The position numbers and the translations under genes are program-made. Shown here piece by piece: positions 41,682 through 54,826 of a DNA stretch of 64,000 nucleotides. The first letter of the stretch is position 1. The number at the start of each line of letters is the position of its first letter. The stretch is from Eledone cirrhosa (taxonomy: Eukaryota). The notes under the pieces were generated by a model. That model made no database searches and was not told where the DNA came from. It saw only the letters and a program-made list of their open reading frames with translations. The stretch covers positions 10,540,001 to 10,604,000 of the forward strand of contig OZ024753.1 of NCBI GenBank assembly GCA_964016885.1, read 5' to 3'.

Positions 41682-41819
41682 CCCACCACTACCAACCCTA
41701 CCCCCACCACTACCAACCCTACCCCCACCACTACCAACCCTACCCCCACCACTACCAACCCTACCCCCACCACTACCAACCCTACCCCCACCACTACCAA
41801 CCCTACCCCCACCCACCCC
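41682..41819. repeat. 21-bp C-rich minisatellite, about 6 copies
   Basis: (CCCACCACTACCAACCCTACC)n. Confidence 0.92.
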
Positions 41820-42264
41820 AGCCGGGTGTTTACAGATTGAAGTTGGTAAAGAGGAGGGGGTGAGGTGATGGTTGATAGTAAGTGTGAAACATTGGATAAT
41901 GTTTTGTTACTTTGAGGCTGCCTCGAGATAAAAATGACTACAACATTGTTAAGGCTCGGAAACGTGACTCAGTTGTAGCACAAACGCTGAGTCGACTGGG
42001 TGCCCAACGGGTATTAAGGATGGTAATAGTAGTAGTAATTGGCAGGGTGGTGGTGTTGTTTGTAGAGATGATGGTAGGTAGGTGGAGGTGATTGTGTGGT
42101 GGTGATGAGGTAGTGATGACGTAGAGGTGGTGGTGAGGTGGAGTTGATGGTGGTGTGGTGGTGATGATGGTGATGAGTGAGAAAAATAAGGCTAATGATG
42201 ATGGTGACGATGATGGCGATGACGATGGTGATGAGAAAAAAATAGAAGAAAGAAAAATAAGGCT

Positions 42265-42443
42265 AATAATTGTTTCTACTTTTGGCACAAGGCCAGCAAT
42301 TACCCCAGTGCATTACTGGTACTTTATTTTATTTGACCCCCGTAATATTAACCTCGGCGGGATTTGAACTCAGAATGGCAAGGTATGTAACTCTATGCGT
42401 CAAAGCATGGCGTCCGACCCGCTACCGATACTGCCAATCCACC
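42265..42443 (-). mobile_element. Family-A SINE with an internal deletion
   Basis: Matches 262-456. Confidence 0.85.
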
Positions 42444-42938
42444 GTAAGCCTAAGAATGATGAAGAATAGAGCGACGATGATGATGATGATAATGACACCA
42501 ATGGAAATAATATCAAGTACTATAACAGCCCCACCCCCACCACCACCACCCAGAAAATGACGAGAGCGATGAGTGTGTGTGTATGGGGAGGGGGCAGTAA
42601 TAATAGTAGTGATAACAGCAGCAATATTTATATTTATGATTCCCTAAATCGACAGCTTATAAACCTTTAATGCTAAAAGCAATATGGAAACCTTTATTTT
42701 ATTTTTTCCCCCTGATTAATTCTTCTCTGATTTCATAAATTTCTCTAATTTATGAAATCCGAAAAAAAAAAAAAAAAAAAAAAGAAATGACTGGGTTTTT
42801 ACAATGTTTACAATTTTGAAATTCCAATATTCCATCAATATTAGATATTCAATATTTAATAATATTCAAAACAATTCTACGCTAGTTTTTTTGTTTTGTT
42901 TTCTGTTTACAATTGTCGTACCTACATCACAGCTGCTG

Positions 42939-42990
<52 letters not shown>

Positions 42991-43130
42991 CGAGTCATAA
43001 GCAGTGTTTTATTATTTCTTCTAACAATTAAGGTCACAAAATTTTATCGCGCTTCCATCCTGCACCACCGTGCACAATCTAGGGAGATGGTCATAATTGG
43101 ATCATTGGAACATTAACGCTTTTTTGTTCC

Positions 43131-43185
<55 letters not shown>

Positions 43186-43415
43186 CATACACGGAACAAA
43201 AAATATATATATATGCATTGTACAGTGCACCCTACTGCTGCATTAAGTGTGGCCGAAACTCGAGTCCGGGAACTAATATAGGCACCCGTTTACGTGTGTT
43301 GTATTGAAGCGAATAACTATGTGTATACTCTGGAATGTGTTCTACATTATCTATTGAGTACGCTGAAATACAACCGGTTCCGGCATTGTTAAATATGCTG
43401 CGTCCGTCAACTCCT

Positions 43416-43499
<84 letters not shown>

Positions 43500-43852
43500 A
43501 CTTTATTTCACGTTGCTCCTTCTATCTGGAGTTGCGACCTATAGATAGTATTAGCAATTGGAAAGACCAACGGAAACATTGTTTCCTCGGTCCGATTTGA
43601 CGAAAGTCGATAGTTCCATATATTTTAATAAATATTTGCTCTACGGTTCTTACATATTTGATATATATTTATCCTTATTGAGCCCTCTTTGGATTTTAAT
43701 CTTAAAATTTATTATTATTGCCATTAAGGGTGAAAGCAGTGATTCTTTGCTTAAACTTTAATCTGTTATTTTAATATATATATATATATGTCCCAAGGCT
43801 CTGATACCATCAACACTATACACACAGAGCTGGCATATCTAAGAACTGACTA

Positions 43853-43908
43853 ACTGCCTGATGAGGTCATAGCCATTCAATGGCTATCATCGAAATATAT
43901 ATAGCAGT
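43853..43908 (+). ncRNA. Type I hammerhead ribozyme, canonical core
   Basis: ACTGC-CTGATGA-GGTCATAGCCATT/AATGGCTATCATC-GAAA-TATATA-TA-GCAGT. Confidence 0.82.
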
Positions 43909-44189
43909 AAATAAAGGATTATGAGTTCATGCAATTGACTTATGTTTCGTCACTATATATATATATATACTTATATTTGGGGAGGGTCATATTGTTATAA
44001 TATTGCCAGAAATATATAATAAAACACACTCCCTGTTTGGTTTGGGTTGGTTTTCACTTCCGTACATTTTATATCTTCATAGTTAATTTAGCTGGCAATC
44101 AATGTTTATCATTGATTGACCAACGGTTAAAAATATCGATACAAATTTATATAGCCTTTCATATATCACAAACCTTGTAAAACAAATTA

Positions 44190-44441
44190 TAATAATAAAT
44201 TTGAAGACTAAAATCCGAAGAGGGCTCGATCAGGATAAATATATAAATATATAAGAACCGTAGAGCAAATATTTATTCAAATAACAGATTAAAGTTTAAG
44301 CAAAGAATCGCTGCTTTCACCCTTAACGGGATCTTCTGAAGATCTTCTGATGATCTTCTGAAGATCTTTTGAGGATCTTCTGAAGATCCCGTTAAGGGTG
44401 AAAGCAGCGATTCTTTGCTTAAACTTTAATCTGTTATTTTA

Positions 44442-44448
<7 letters not shown>
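44190..44448. mobile_element. Family F element as a fold-back with a GATCTTCTGAA mini-array at its centre
   Basis: Minus copy 44190-44340, plus arm 44380-44448. Confidence 0.8.
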
Positions 44449-44480
<32 letters not shown>

Positions 44481-44606
44481 AACATTTTATTTAAAATTGT
44501 TGGGTTACAACGAGTAAATATTTTATAACTGATATAAAAGCACTCAACAGTTTTGGAGTATTTTACGATATTAAACAAATGGAAACTACATTTATAAAAC
44601 CATATT

Positions 44607-44672
44607 TATTTCATTATATATATTTCAGGGATATCATATTAAAAATATGGTATGCCCTCTTCAGACAAAATA
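44607..44672 (-). ncRNA. Type I hammerhead ribozyme inside fold-back 44565-44832
   Basis: TATTTTGT-CTGAAGA-GGGCATACCATATT/AATATGATATCCCT-GAAA-TATATA-TA-ATGAAATA. Confidence 0.8.
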
Positions 44673-45165
44673 CAATATATAAACAGTTTTATAAATAAAT
44701 TTGACATACCTTTAAAAATTTACAACTTCCATTTTTAAAAGGGCATACCATATTTTTAATATGATATCCCTGAAATATATATAATGAAATAAATATGGTT
44801 TTATAAATGTAGTTTCCATTTGTTTAATATCGTATATCTATATATATATAACGTCATCATCAATAGTTTTCCAAGAGATGTCAACATGATTGGGCCTGTT
44901 ATTTTTATTTAAAGACATTTTTTTTCCAATTCCACCCGCCCGTCCCTTCGATCTATCTTATTTGATTGTGTTGTTATTTCTGTTTACCTTTTACACACAC
45001 ACACACACATACCTAGTGAAAAGATAACGAGGGCGATTGGTTACTCCTTCATTACATTTATTGGTTGGTGACGCGTGTTTCATCACTGATCTGCTCAAGG
45101 TTCGATCTGTATCGATCTTACCCGACTCTGTAATCTGCGGCTCGTCGGACCCCTTGTAATGGTAA

Positions 45166-45198
<33 letters not shown>

Positions 45199-45560
45199 TA
45201 AATAACAGATTAAAGTTTAAGCAAAAATCGCTAAAGTACCGATTCTTTGCTTAAACTTTAATCTGTTATTTTAATAAATATTTGCTCTACGGTTCTTACA
45301 TATTTTATATATATTTATCCTTATCGAGCCCTCTTTGGATTTTAGTCTTCACATTTATTATTATTACTAGTTCGGGAACTATTATAGGCACCCGTTTTAC
45401 GTGTGTTGTGTTGAGGCAAATAACTTTGTGTATACTCTGGGGCTGTATCTTACATTGCCTATTGAGTACACTGAGATACAACAGGTCCTGGCATTGATAA
45501 ATATGCTGGGTCCGTTAATTCCTTATTATATATATAAAAGCATACCCATATATGGACTGT

Positions 45561-45656
45561 ACCCTTTGATAAGTTTAGCTAGGTCCCTGCCGTCCTAATA
45601 CTGCTGATTTAGTTCGGATCTAGCTGTCGAAACGGCCGGAGCTCAGCCGTCGGGGT
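45561..45656 (+). ncRNA. Hammerhead with compensatory U3-A8 core (TTGATAA)
   Basis: ACCCT-TTGATAA-..TAGCTAGGTCC/GGATCTAGCTG..-GAAA-CGGC..GCCG-TC-GGGGT. Confidence 0.68.
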
Positions 45657-45668
45657 CCTGACTCTTTT

Positions 45669-45718
<50 letters not shown>

Positions 45719-45790
45719 GGAGCTTCCAACAGCAATGGTTGCATTCTTTAAGGGTATGTCAATATTTATTTATAAAACTGATCTATATTA

Positions 45791-45855
45791 TATTTTATCT
45801 GATGAAAGCACACCATAATTTAACTTGGTGTCCTTGAAATATGTATAATGAAATA
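45791..45855 (+). ncRNA. Type I hammerhead ribozyme in a ~270-bp element (45716-45986) bounded by (TA)n
   Basis: TATTTTAT-CTGATGA-AAGCACACCA/TGGTGTCCTT-GAAA-TATGTA-TA-ATGAAATA. Confidence 0.8.
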
Positions 45856-46057
45856 AATATGGTTTTATAAATATAGTTTCCATTTGTTAATATCGTATTT
45901 TTACTCCAAATATTTGTTGAGTGCTTAATATCAGTTATAAAAATATTTGCTTGTTGTATCCCAACAATTTAAATAGAACTTTTACATATATATATATATA
46001 TTTAATAAAATAACAGATTAAAGTTTAAGCAAAGAATCGCTGCTCCCACCCGTAACG

Positions 46058-46415
46058 GGTATTTATTTTAATAAATATTTGCTCTACGGTTCTTATATAC
46101 ATGGTATTTATTTTAATAAATATTTGCTCTACGGTTCTTATATATACGGTATTTATTTTAATAAATATTTGCTCTACGGTTCTTATATATACGGTATTTA
46201 TTTTAATAAATATTTGCTCTACGGTTCTTATATACATGGTATTTATTTTAATAATATTTGCTCTACGGTTCTTATATATACGGTATTTATTTTAATAAAT
46301 ATTTGCTCTACGGTTCTTATATATACGGTATTTATTTTAATAAATATTTGCTCTACGGTTCTTATATATACGGTATTTATTTTAATAAATATTTGCTCTA
46401 CGGTTCTTATATATT
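46058..46415 (+). repeat. 45-bp tandem repeat, about 8 copies, amplified from a family F segment
   Basis: GGTATTTATTTTAATAAATATTTGCTCTACGGTTCTTATATA repeated; GCTCTACGG at 46081 and 46126. Confidence 0.9.
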
Positions 46416-46739
46416 TCTATATTTATCCTTATCGAGCCCTCTTTGGATTTTAGTCTTCAAATTTATTATTAGTACTATATATATATATATACCTACTCAA
46501 TCATGATGAACTAACTGCTAAATAACAATGTTATCATCTTAACCTGATATTTTTCTTCACTACCAGTTAGTTCAAAATTATGTGAGAGACATGTAAATTT
46601 TGTTGTTGGGCGTGAGAGAAGAGAATGTGTTCATTAGAGACCGAGGGGTGGGGGGTGGAAGGCAAGTGCATAAGAAAGTGTGTTTTCAGGATATCAAGAG
46701 TAAACCACGCCTAAAATAAGGGGTACTTCAAGTTTTTAA

Positions 46740-46957
46740 CCGTTTAGCTTTTAAACCGGCAGTATCTGACCAGAATTCTTTCACCTCTTTCTGTTCAAAC
46801 CGGCCGTAACCGGCTGCTCATACATATGTTAAGGCATTGTTCTCAAAATAAACATCAAAATCTCATAGATTCGATATTATGTGAGATAATTATGCAAGAT
46901 AGAGCCTTTACCACAAACATACAATGATATATATAGAGGAATGTCAATGCTAAAGGG
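46740..46957. mobile_element. piggyBac-like MITE
   Basis: TTAA|CCGTTTAGC ... GCTAAAGGG|TCAA. Confidence 0.5.
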
Positions 46958-47213
46958 TCAAAGAACTGTTTCTACATACATATTGGATTCTCGGTTGAAA
47001 TATTTTATTTTATTTCAAACCCATTGGCTGCTATTTCTAGCTAGTGTTAGTAGCCTTGTGGGGGAAGGTATCCTGATAAAGTTGACTTGCAATTGATACA
47101 CTATAGGAGGATACACTCGTTGTGGTAGTAACACAAACATTCACCATTTTTGATAGCCTGAAAACACACTCTTTCTTTGCACTTCCCATATATAGAGTAT
47201 GTCAATGCTCACG

Positions 47214-48799
47214 CAGGGGTGTGCAACATATTCCATTGGCGGGCAACATTGGAACAACTATTAGGAGCATTAATATTTATTAAGCACTATTCCAAAGATT
47301 CACCACAACATATTTCCATAACATGGAACTGGGAAATTATAACACACATAACCCTATCAGTGAAGCTCTTTAGTATAGGACAAAACCACTTCTTTCCATA
47401 ACATGGAACTGGGAAATTATAACACATATAACCCTATCAGTGAAACCCTTTAGTATAGGTCAAAACCACTTCTTTCCATAACATGGAACTGGGAAATTAT
47501 AACACACATAACCCTATCAGTGAAGCTCTTTAGTATAGGACAAAACCACTTCTTTCCATAACATGGAACTGGGAAATTATAACACACATAACCCTATCAG
47601 TGAAGCCCTTTAGTATAGGACAAAACCACTTCTTTCCATAACATGGAACTGGGAAATTATAACACACATAACCCTATCAGTGAAGCCCTTTAGTATAGGT
47701 CAAAACCACTTCTTTCCATAACATGGAACTGGGAAATTATAACACACATAACCCTATCAGTGAAGCCCTTTAGTATAGGTCAAAACCACTTCTTTCCATA
47801 ACACGGAACTGGGAAATTATAACCCACATAACCCTATCAGTGAAGCTCTTTAGTATAGGACAAAACCACTTCTTTCCATAACATGGAACTGGGAAATTAT
47901 AACACATATAACCCTATCAGTGAAACCCTTTAGTATAGGTCAAAACCACTTCTTTCCATAACATGGAACTGGGAAATTATAACACACATAACCCTATCAG
48001 TGAAGCCCTTTAGTATAGGTCAAAACCACTTCTTTCCATAACACGGAACTGGGAAATCATAACCCTATCAGTGAAGCCCTTTAGTATAGGTCAAAACCAC
48101 TTCTTTCCATAACATGGAACTGGGAAATTATAACACACATAACCCTATCAGTGAAGCTTTTTAGTATAGGTCAAAACCACTTCTTTCCATAACACGGAAC
48201 TGGGAAATTATAACCCTATCAGTGAAGCCCTTTAGTATAGGTCAAAACCACTTCTTTCCATAACATGGAACTGGGAAATTATAACACACATAACCCTATC
48301 AGTGAAGCTTTTTAGTATAGGTCAAAACCACTTCTTTCCATAACACGGAACTGGGAAATTATAACCCACATAACCCTATCAGTGAAGCCCTTTAGTAGAG
48401 GTCAACTAACAGAAAATTGTATTACGGTTCCGAAAAAAATTCTAAATAAGCCTACAAGGTAAGAATTAAAAACGGTCATCGCGGGCCACTCTGACGGGTC
48501 TGTCGGACCGGATTGTGGCCTGCGGGCCGCCTGTTGAACGTCACCGACTTAGACTAACGCCCGGTTTAATAACTCAATCTACCTCACCGGTGCATCGGTG
48601 CCTTTACCTCAGTCCGCTCTGCAGGGCCGGGTTTAATGGGAGTCAAAGGAGCAAATGCCCCGGTCTCCCTGCAGCGATGGCCGTAGCAATTTATTTATGC
48701 CCTCAGCTGGGCTAGAAAATGAAAACGGTCATCGCGGGCCACTCTGACTGGTCTGGCGGGCCGGATTGTGGTCTGCGGGCCTCCTGTTGCACGCCCCTG
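47214..48799. mobile_element. hAT/Charlie-like non-autonomous element enclosing a minisatellite
   Basis: TIRs CAGGGGTGTGCAAC / GTTGCACGCCCCTG; no clean 8-bp TSD. Confidence 0.6.
47314..48405. repeat. 80-bp minisatellite, about 14 copies
   Basis: ACATGGAACTGGGAAATTAT at 47321, 47401, 47481 and onward. Confidence 0.96.
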
Positions 48800-49598
48800 G
48801 TGCAGCTAAAGGATTAAATGTTGCTTGCTGTTTTCCTACCTTCGGTTTGCTTTTCCTTCTTGTTGTTTACTTGTCTCACTCGCTTTACGCGATTCACTTG
48901 TCCCAATAGCTTATTTTAGTTCTTGCTCGCACCAACCTGAGGTATCTGATTTTTAATGCGATGAAATACCAATGATGGTTGGCAAATCACTGATGAGGGA
49001 CTAATTTTATAATATGTAACCCATGTGCAACCACGCAATATTCCCCTTTCTTCCCATGTTTTTCATACATATTTACCTCGACTGCGATTATCTGTTTCTC
49101 TCTTTCTCTCTTACTACTCCCCCGTTCTCTCTGTTTCTCTCAACTTTTTTCGCCCCCTCTGTCAGTTACACTTTCTCTCGACTGACCTCTTCCTCACACT
49201 TCTACTCACTCACTCTCTGTTTCTCCCTTTCTCACTTCCTCCCGTTCGTTAGTAGTGGGGTTCTTTGTTTCTCACATCTCATTCACGGCGAACGGTCTGT
49301 TTTCTGACCGCTCATGAAATTCACCGAACTTATGCTGACCGGATAACCATCATGTTGCTTGCTGTTTTCCTACCTTCGGTTTGCTTTTCCTTCTTGTTGT
49401 TTACTTGTCTCACTCGCTTTACGCGATTCACTTGTCCCAATAGCTTATTTTAGTTCTTGCTCGCACCAACCTGAGGTATCTGATTTTTAATGCGATGAAA
49501 TACCAATGATGGTTGGCAAATCACTGATGAGGGACTAATTTTATAATATGTAACCCATGTGCAACCACGCAGTATTCCCCTTTCTTCCCATGTTTTTC

Positions 49599-49644
<46 letters not shown>

Positions 49645-49753
49645 ATATATATGTGTGTATATATATATATGTGTGTGTGTGTATATATGTGTGTATGTGT
49701 ATATGTGTGTATGTGTATATATATATATATATATATATGTCTGTATGTATATA

Positions 49754-49785
<32 letters not shown>

Positions 49786-50342
49786 CAAATATGTATGTAT
49801 GTACATTTATGATGTACTATGTATATGAATAGATTACTCTCTCTCTCTACAAAGAGAGTAAGAAGGGGAGGAGAAAGAAAGTTGTAAGTGATAGTAGATG
49901 GTGGTAAGAGATGGTGGTGGTAGGAGATGGTGGTAGATGGTGATAGATGGTGGTGGTAGGAGATGGTTGTAGATGGTGGTGGTAGATGGTGGTGGTAGGA
50001 GATGGTGGTGGTGGTGGTGGCGGTGATGTTAATTAGGATTGAACAGCGTTGAGGCCATGGTTGAGTGTTATTGACTTTTTAAATGTTATTAGTAACAGAG
50101 GTTTTGTGGGGAGGGGGGGGGGGTGACAAACCCTTCATGGACTATCTATCATGGCCGACCTGACAGTCCCACCAATGGACAACACACACACACACCTACA
50201 CACACGCAAAACACACGTTCATATATATGCACACACACACACATATATATATATATTGACAGACCCACACACACATGTGCACACACACATACTGTATATA
50301 TATATATACAGACCCACATGCAAAACACACATTCATATATAT

Positions 50343-50384
<42 letters not shown>

Positions 50385-50619
50385 TGACAGATCCACACAC
50401 ACATGTGCACACACACATATATGCACACACACATACAAAACACATGTTCATATATACGCGCGCACACACACACACACATGTGCACACACATATATATGCA
50501 CACACACACACACATGTGCACACACATATATATATATATATACAGACACACATACAAAACACATGTTCATATATACGCGCACACACACACACACACACGT
50601 GTGCACACACATATATATG

Positions 50620-50657
<38 letters not shown>

Positions 50658-50899
50658 CAGACACACATACAAAACACATGTTCATATATACGCGCGCACA
50701 CACACACACACACATGTGCACACACACATATATGCACAGACACACATACAAAACACATGTTCATATATATTCACACAACAAACTTCTGTAGGAGGTATTG
50801 TATTGGTTGGTTACTTGAGAATAACTCGATACTCCGAATGACAGCAAGCCTCCCCTTCACCCTTTTAGTCATCCCAACTTATCTCCCTTTCCCTTTCCC

Positions 50900-51402
50900 C
50901 TTCCACCACACCCCTCCACCACCCCTCCTCCACCGCATCCCCTCCACCACACACCCTCCACCACATCCCCTCCACCACATCCCCTCCACCACATCCCCTC
51001 CACCACATCCCCTCCACCACATCCCCTCCACCACATCCCCTCCACCACATCCCCTCCACCACATCCCCTCCACCACATCCCCTCCACCACATCCACTCCA
51101 CCACATCCCCTACATCACACCCCTCCACCACATCCCCCTGCACCACATCCCCCTCCACCACATCCCACTCCACCACATCCCACTCCACCACATCCCCTCC
51201 ACCACATCCCCTCCACCACATCCACTCCACCACATCCCCTACACCACACCCCTCCACCACATCCCCCTCCACCACATCCCCCTCCACCACATCCCCCTCC
51301 ACCACATCCCACTCCACCACATCCCACTCCACCACACCCCTCCATCACATCCACTCCACCACATCCCCTCCACCACATCCACTCCACCACATCCCCTCCA
51401 CC
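50900..51402. repeat. 14-15-bp C-rich minisatellite (CCACCACATCCCCT)n
   Basis: Direct reading. Confidence 0.93.
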
Positions 51403-51900
51403 GATAAAATAAAGTACCAGTAATGCACTGAGGGATCGATTTAATCGACTTTCCCCTGCCCTAAAATTGTCGGCCTTGTGCCTAAATCAGAAACCATTAT
51501 TATAGGGCGGTGAATTGGCAGTATCGGTAGAGGGTCGGACGCCATGCTTTCCAGCATAGTTACGTCCCTTTATGTTAAAATCCCGCCGAGGTTGACTTTG
51601 CCTTTCATCCTTACGGGGTCGATAAAATAAAGTACCAGTAATGCACTGGTTAATTGTGCCAAAAGTAGAAACAATTATTATAGGGCGGTGGATTGGCAGT
51701 ATCGATAGAATGCCGGACACCATGCTTTGCGGCATAGTTACGGCCCTTTATGCTCTGAGTTCAAATCCCACAGAGGTTAACTTTGCCTTTCATCCTTACG
51801 AGGTCGATAAAATAAAGTACCAGTAATACACTGGATCGATTTAATCGACTTTCCCCTCCCTAAAATTTGCTGGCCTTATGTCTAGAGTAGAAATCATTAT
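51403..51900 (+). mobile_element. Three tandem family-A SINE copies (first one partial)
   Basis: Match 262-456. Confidence 0.88.
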
Positions 51901-52164
51901 TTATAGGCATCTGGCCTAGTCTACTTCTAGTTACGCGGGTGGGTTCAGGGTGTTTTCCCTACAACACCTTCCATCATAGTTCCGCAGGTATTCTTACACC
52001 TGTGATATCGTAATTGTCAACAATCTTCAACAACTGCACGTAGGAAAAATTCAAGTTGGTAGGGAATTTAAGAGAGTAAAAGTATTGGGGTAGGGTATGT
52101 TTTCAGATTTGTTTACCTTTTGAAAGTAGTTAGTAGTAGTGACTCAGAATAGTGCAAAATTACA

Positions 52165-52442
52165 CACGCGTGTACACCAGGTCCGAACACAGAGGAACCA
52201 AACTCCCACTGTCAACGCCTCCCTCATCTCTCACTATTATTAGCAAATGGGATCCCACGTGCTGGCCGCCCCAGGGCGCCGGCGGACAGAATAGAGAAGG
52301 CGTTTTCCCGGCGGATGGTGAGGGAAATGCGCTGGAAAATCCGGTCAAGCTTGCGAGGCTCACACATGTGGCTAGTCAGCTCTGCGCCTATGGTGGTGAG
52401 TAGCGAGGTAGCCCTAGCGTCAAGGACACCAGATGTCTCCAC
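52165..52442 (-). pseudogene. CRE-like non-LTR retrotransposon 3' end with 3' UTR
   Basis: ETSGVLDARATSLLTTIGAELTSHMCEPRKLDRIFQRISLTIRRENAFSIL. Confidence 0.72.
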
Positions 52443-53024
52443 TGGGGAGAGGAGACCGAGAAAGGTGGTTATTGAAGACTATATGGATGATGAGAGATGA
52501 AGAAACAAGGTTGCTTGTGTGACTATGTTGCTTAGTTGAGATGAGCAAAGGCCGTGATAGTAGCAGTATAAGAGTAAAAAGGAGGAGGAAGCACATCGGC
52601 AAGCCAATGATGTTATAATCTCTTTTCTTTAAACATCACCTATAATATCAGTGCACGGAACAATTATTGTACATACAATTGTATTGTTTAGACACCGGTA
52701 CATTTTCACTCACCCTGCTACATATCCATAACTACAACTCCCTCATATTACAGACCCTAATGTCTGAAATAAAGAAGGGACATATTGAGGAAAGTGGTCA
52801 TATCTAGAACACCCTTTAACGTGGATCTGTTCATTCAGGCTTGATTTAAAGTTAAAGAACAATACTATAATATTCTGTTCTCTAGTGTTTCGGATATTCC
52901 TTCCTTCCTTTCGGATTAGAAATATTACTGAGACAGGAAAACACTCGTTAATTATTCAGCATCTCTGATCAGCTTAAAGCAGCGGATTTTAAGCCATCAT
53001 CAAAATTAATTTTTGTTAAAAAGA

Positions 53025-53706
53025 TAGACGTGTTGATGAATGTGGGGCTGAGAATGAATGAGATTAAGACGAAGTATCTGATAGAGAACATTAAGAAATG
53101 AGAGGAGAAGATTGTGAATGTAGGGGGGGGGGGCGCTAGAGTTGGTTGAGAACTTACTGTATCTGGGAGCAAAGATTGGGATCACAGAGAATGATGTGGT
53201 GGAGAGGAGGAGCAAAGCCTAGGCAGCTTGCCACAGATTGAGATCGGACCTTTGTAAAGACCTGAAGATATGTCTCTTCATTGTTACAGTGGAGTCTGAG
53301 CTGCTGTACGAGACTTGGACATTGACCAAGAAACTCACTCAGATGGTGGATGGGTGCTACACGAGAATGCTGAGGGTGGCTCTGAACATTAATCAGCATA
53401 CACTGAGTATGAAGTACTCAGAGCTGTATGGGAGCCTCCCAAAAGTCAGCTCGAAAGTGACACAGAGGAGATTGAGGTTAGCTGGACATGCTCACCGACA
53501 TTTAGAGTTGATACTGCACTCAGTGCTCCTGGGGGATCCCCTACACGGACACACTGGAAGAGGAAGACCGAGGTTGACATGTTGATGCCCTAAGGACAGA
53601 CACCGGTCTCTTGGAGACGCAGGACGTGGCAGCGATGATGAGGGACAGAGACCGCTGGCGAGAACTCGTCCATGGATCTCGGGGATTTTACCCGCCCTAG
53701 ATAGAT
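53025..53706 (+). pseudogene. RTE-clade LINE 3' fragment (RT end and C-terminus), disrupted
   Basis: VGLRMNEIKTKY..LYLG..ESELLYETWTLTK..DGCYTRMLR..RRLRLAGH..RGRPRLT..MRDRDRWR; short (TAGA)n tail. Confidence 0.85.
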
Positions 53707-54761
53707 GGGAACATATTTTTACTCTTACAATTGCTGTTGTTGGTGTTTTTGTTGAAATTGTAATAGTATTTCTTTAATGTGGAGAGAAGCTTAGTGATTA
53801 GGGTGTTTGGCTCACAGTCACAATGTCGTAAATTTGATTTCCAGATTGAACGTTTTGTTGTCCTTGAGCAAGACACTTTATTCAACATTACTCCAGTCCA
53901 CCCAGCTGGATAAAATAAATTATACTTGATCAAATGGCTAAACCTATCACGCAGTGTTATTTTTGTTTACCATTTACATACAAACATTCCATTAATGGAG
54001 CAGTAGAAATATATAAAACATTCCAAAGATTTTGCATCTAATAACTACATATACACATGTACAGATACTAAGCATATACACATGCACTCATACAACTCAA
54101 AACATCCACATCCACACATACAATAACATCCATATCTACACATGCATACATATCTAGCTAGTTGATGTTGTGTAAATTCCAATGAGAGAGTCTTGTGTCT
54201 ATGTTAGCAACCGACTCTCTCTCTCTCTCTATTGGCAAACATTTTTGAAATTATAAAACCAGAACAACATACATACATATATATATATATACATGTTGAG
54301 TGCTTCCAATCTATTGTAAAACTCATTCTTTGATTTATTCATTGAACCTTGTTTAACCTTTAAATATATATAAATATATATAAGTCATACACAAAACGCA
54401 AGCATCAACAGTTTTCCAAGAGATGTCAACATAAATGGATCTGTTATTTTTATCTAAAGACATCTTTTCCCATTCCAACCCGCCCGTCCCTTCAATCTAT
54501 CTTATTTTTCATTCTTTTTTCTGATGAAGGACTAGCATCCAAAACATTATGACCCTCTTCCTGATATTTCAAACGTTAACCTAAATATATTCCTTCTATA
54601 TGCTGTATCGATTGTGTTGTTATTTCTGTTTATTTTTTAAATACATACATACATACATACATACATACATACATACATACATACATACATACATACATAC
54701 ATACATACATACATACATACAATATATTAACAAATGGAAACTATATTTATAAAACCATATT

Positions 54762-54826
54762 TATTTCATTATACATATTTCAAGGACACCAAAGTAAATT
54801 ATGGTGCGCTTTCATCAGATAAAATA
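54762..54826 (-). ncRNA. Type I hammerhead ribozyme, same family as 45791
   Basis: Reverse complement of the same fold; element starts at the same CCGGGAGCTTCCAAC 5' end (about 54901). Confidence 0.8.

Noticed and set aside
48900-49000. Twister ribozyme or SECIS reading of family G (GTCCCAA, TTAATGC, TGA/GA)
   Set aside because: Motif order and pairings could not be fitted to either consensus by eye
41682-51402. Telomere-like C-rich arrays
   Set aside because: Not TTAGGG-based; ordinary minisatellites with possible G-quadruplex potential only
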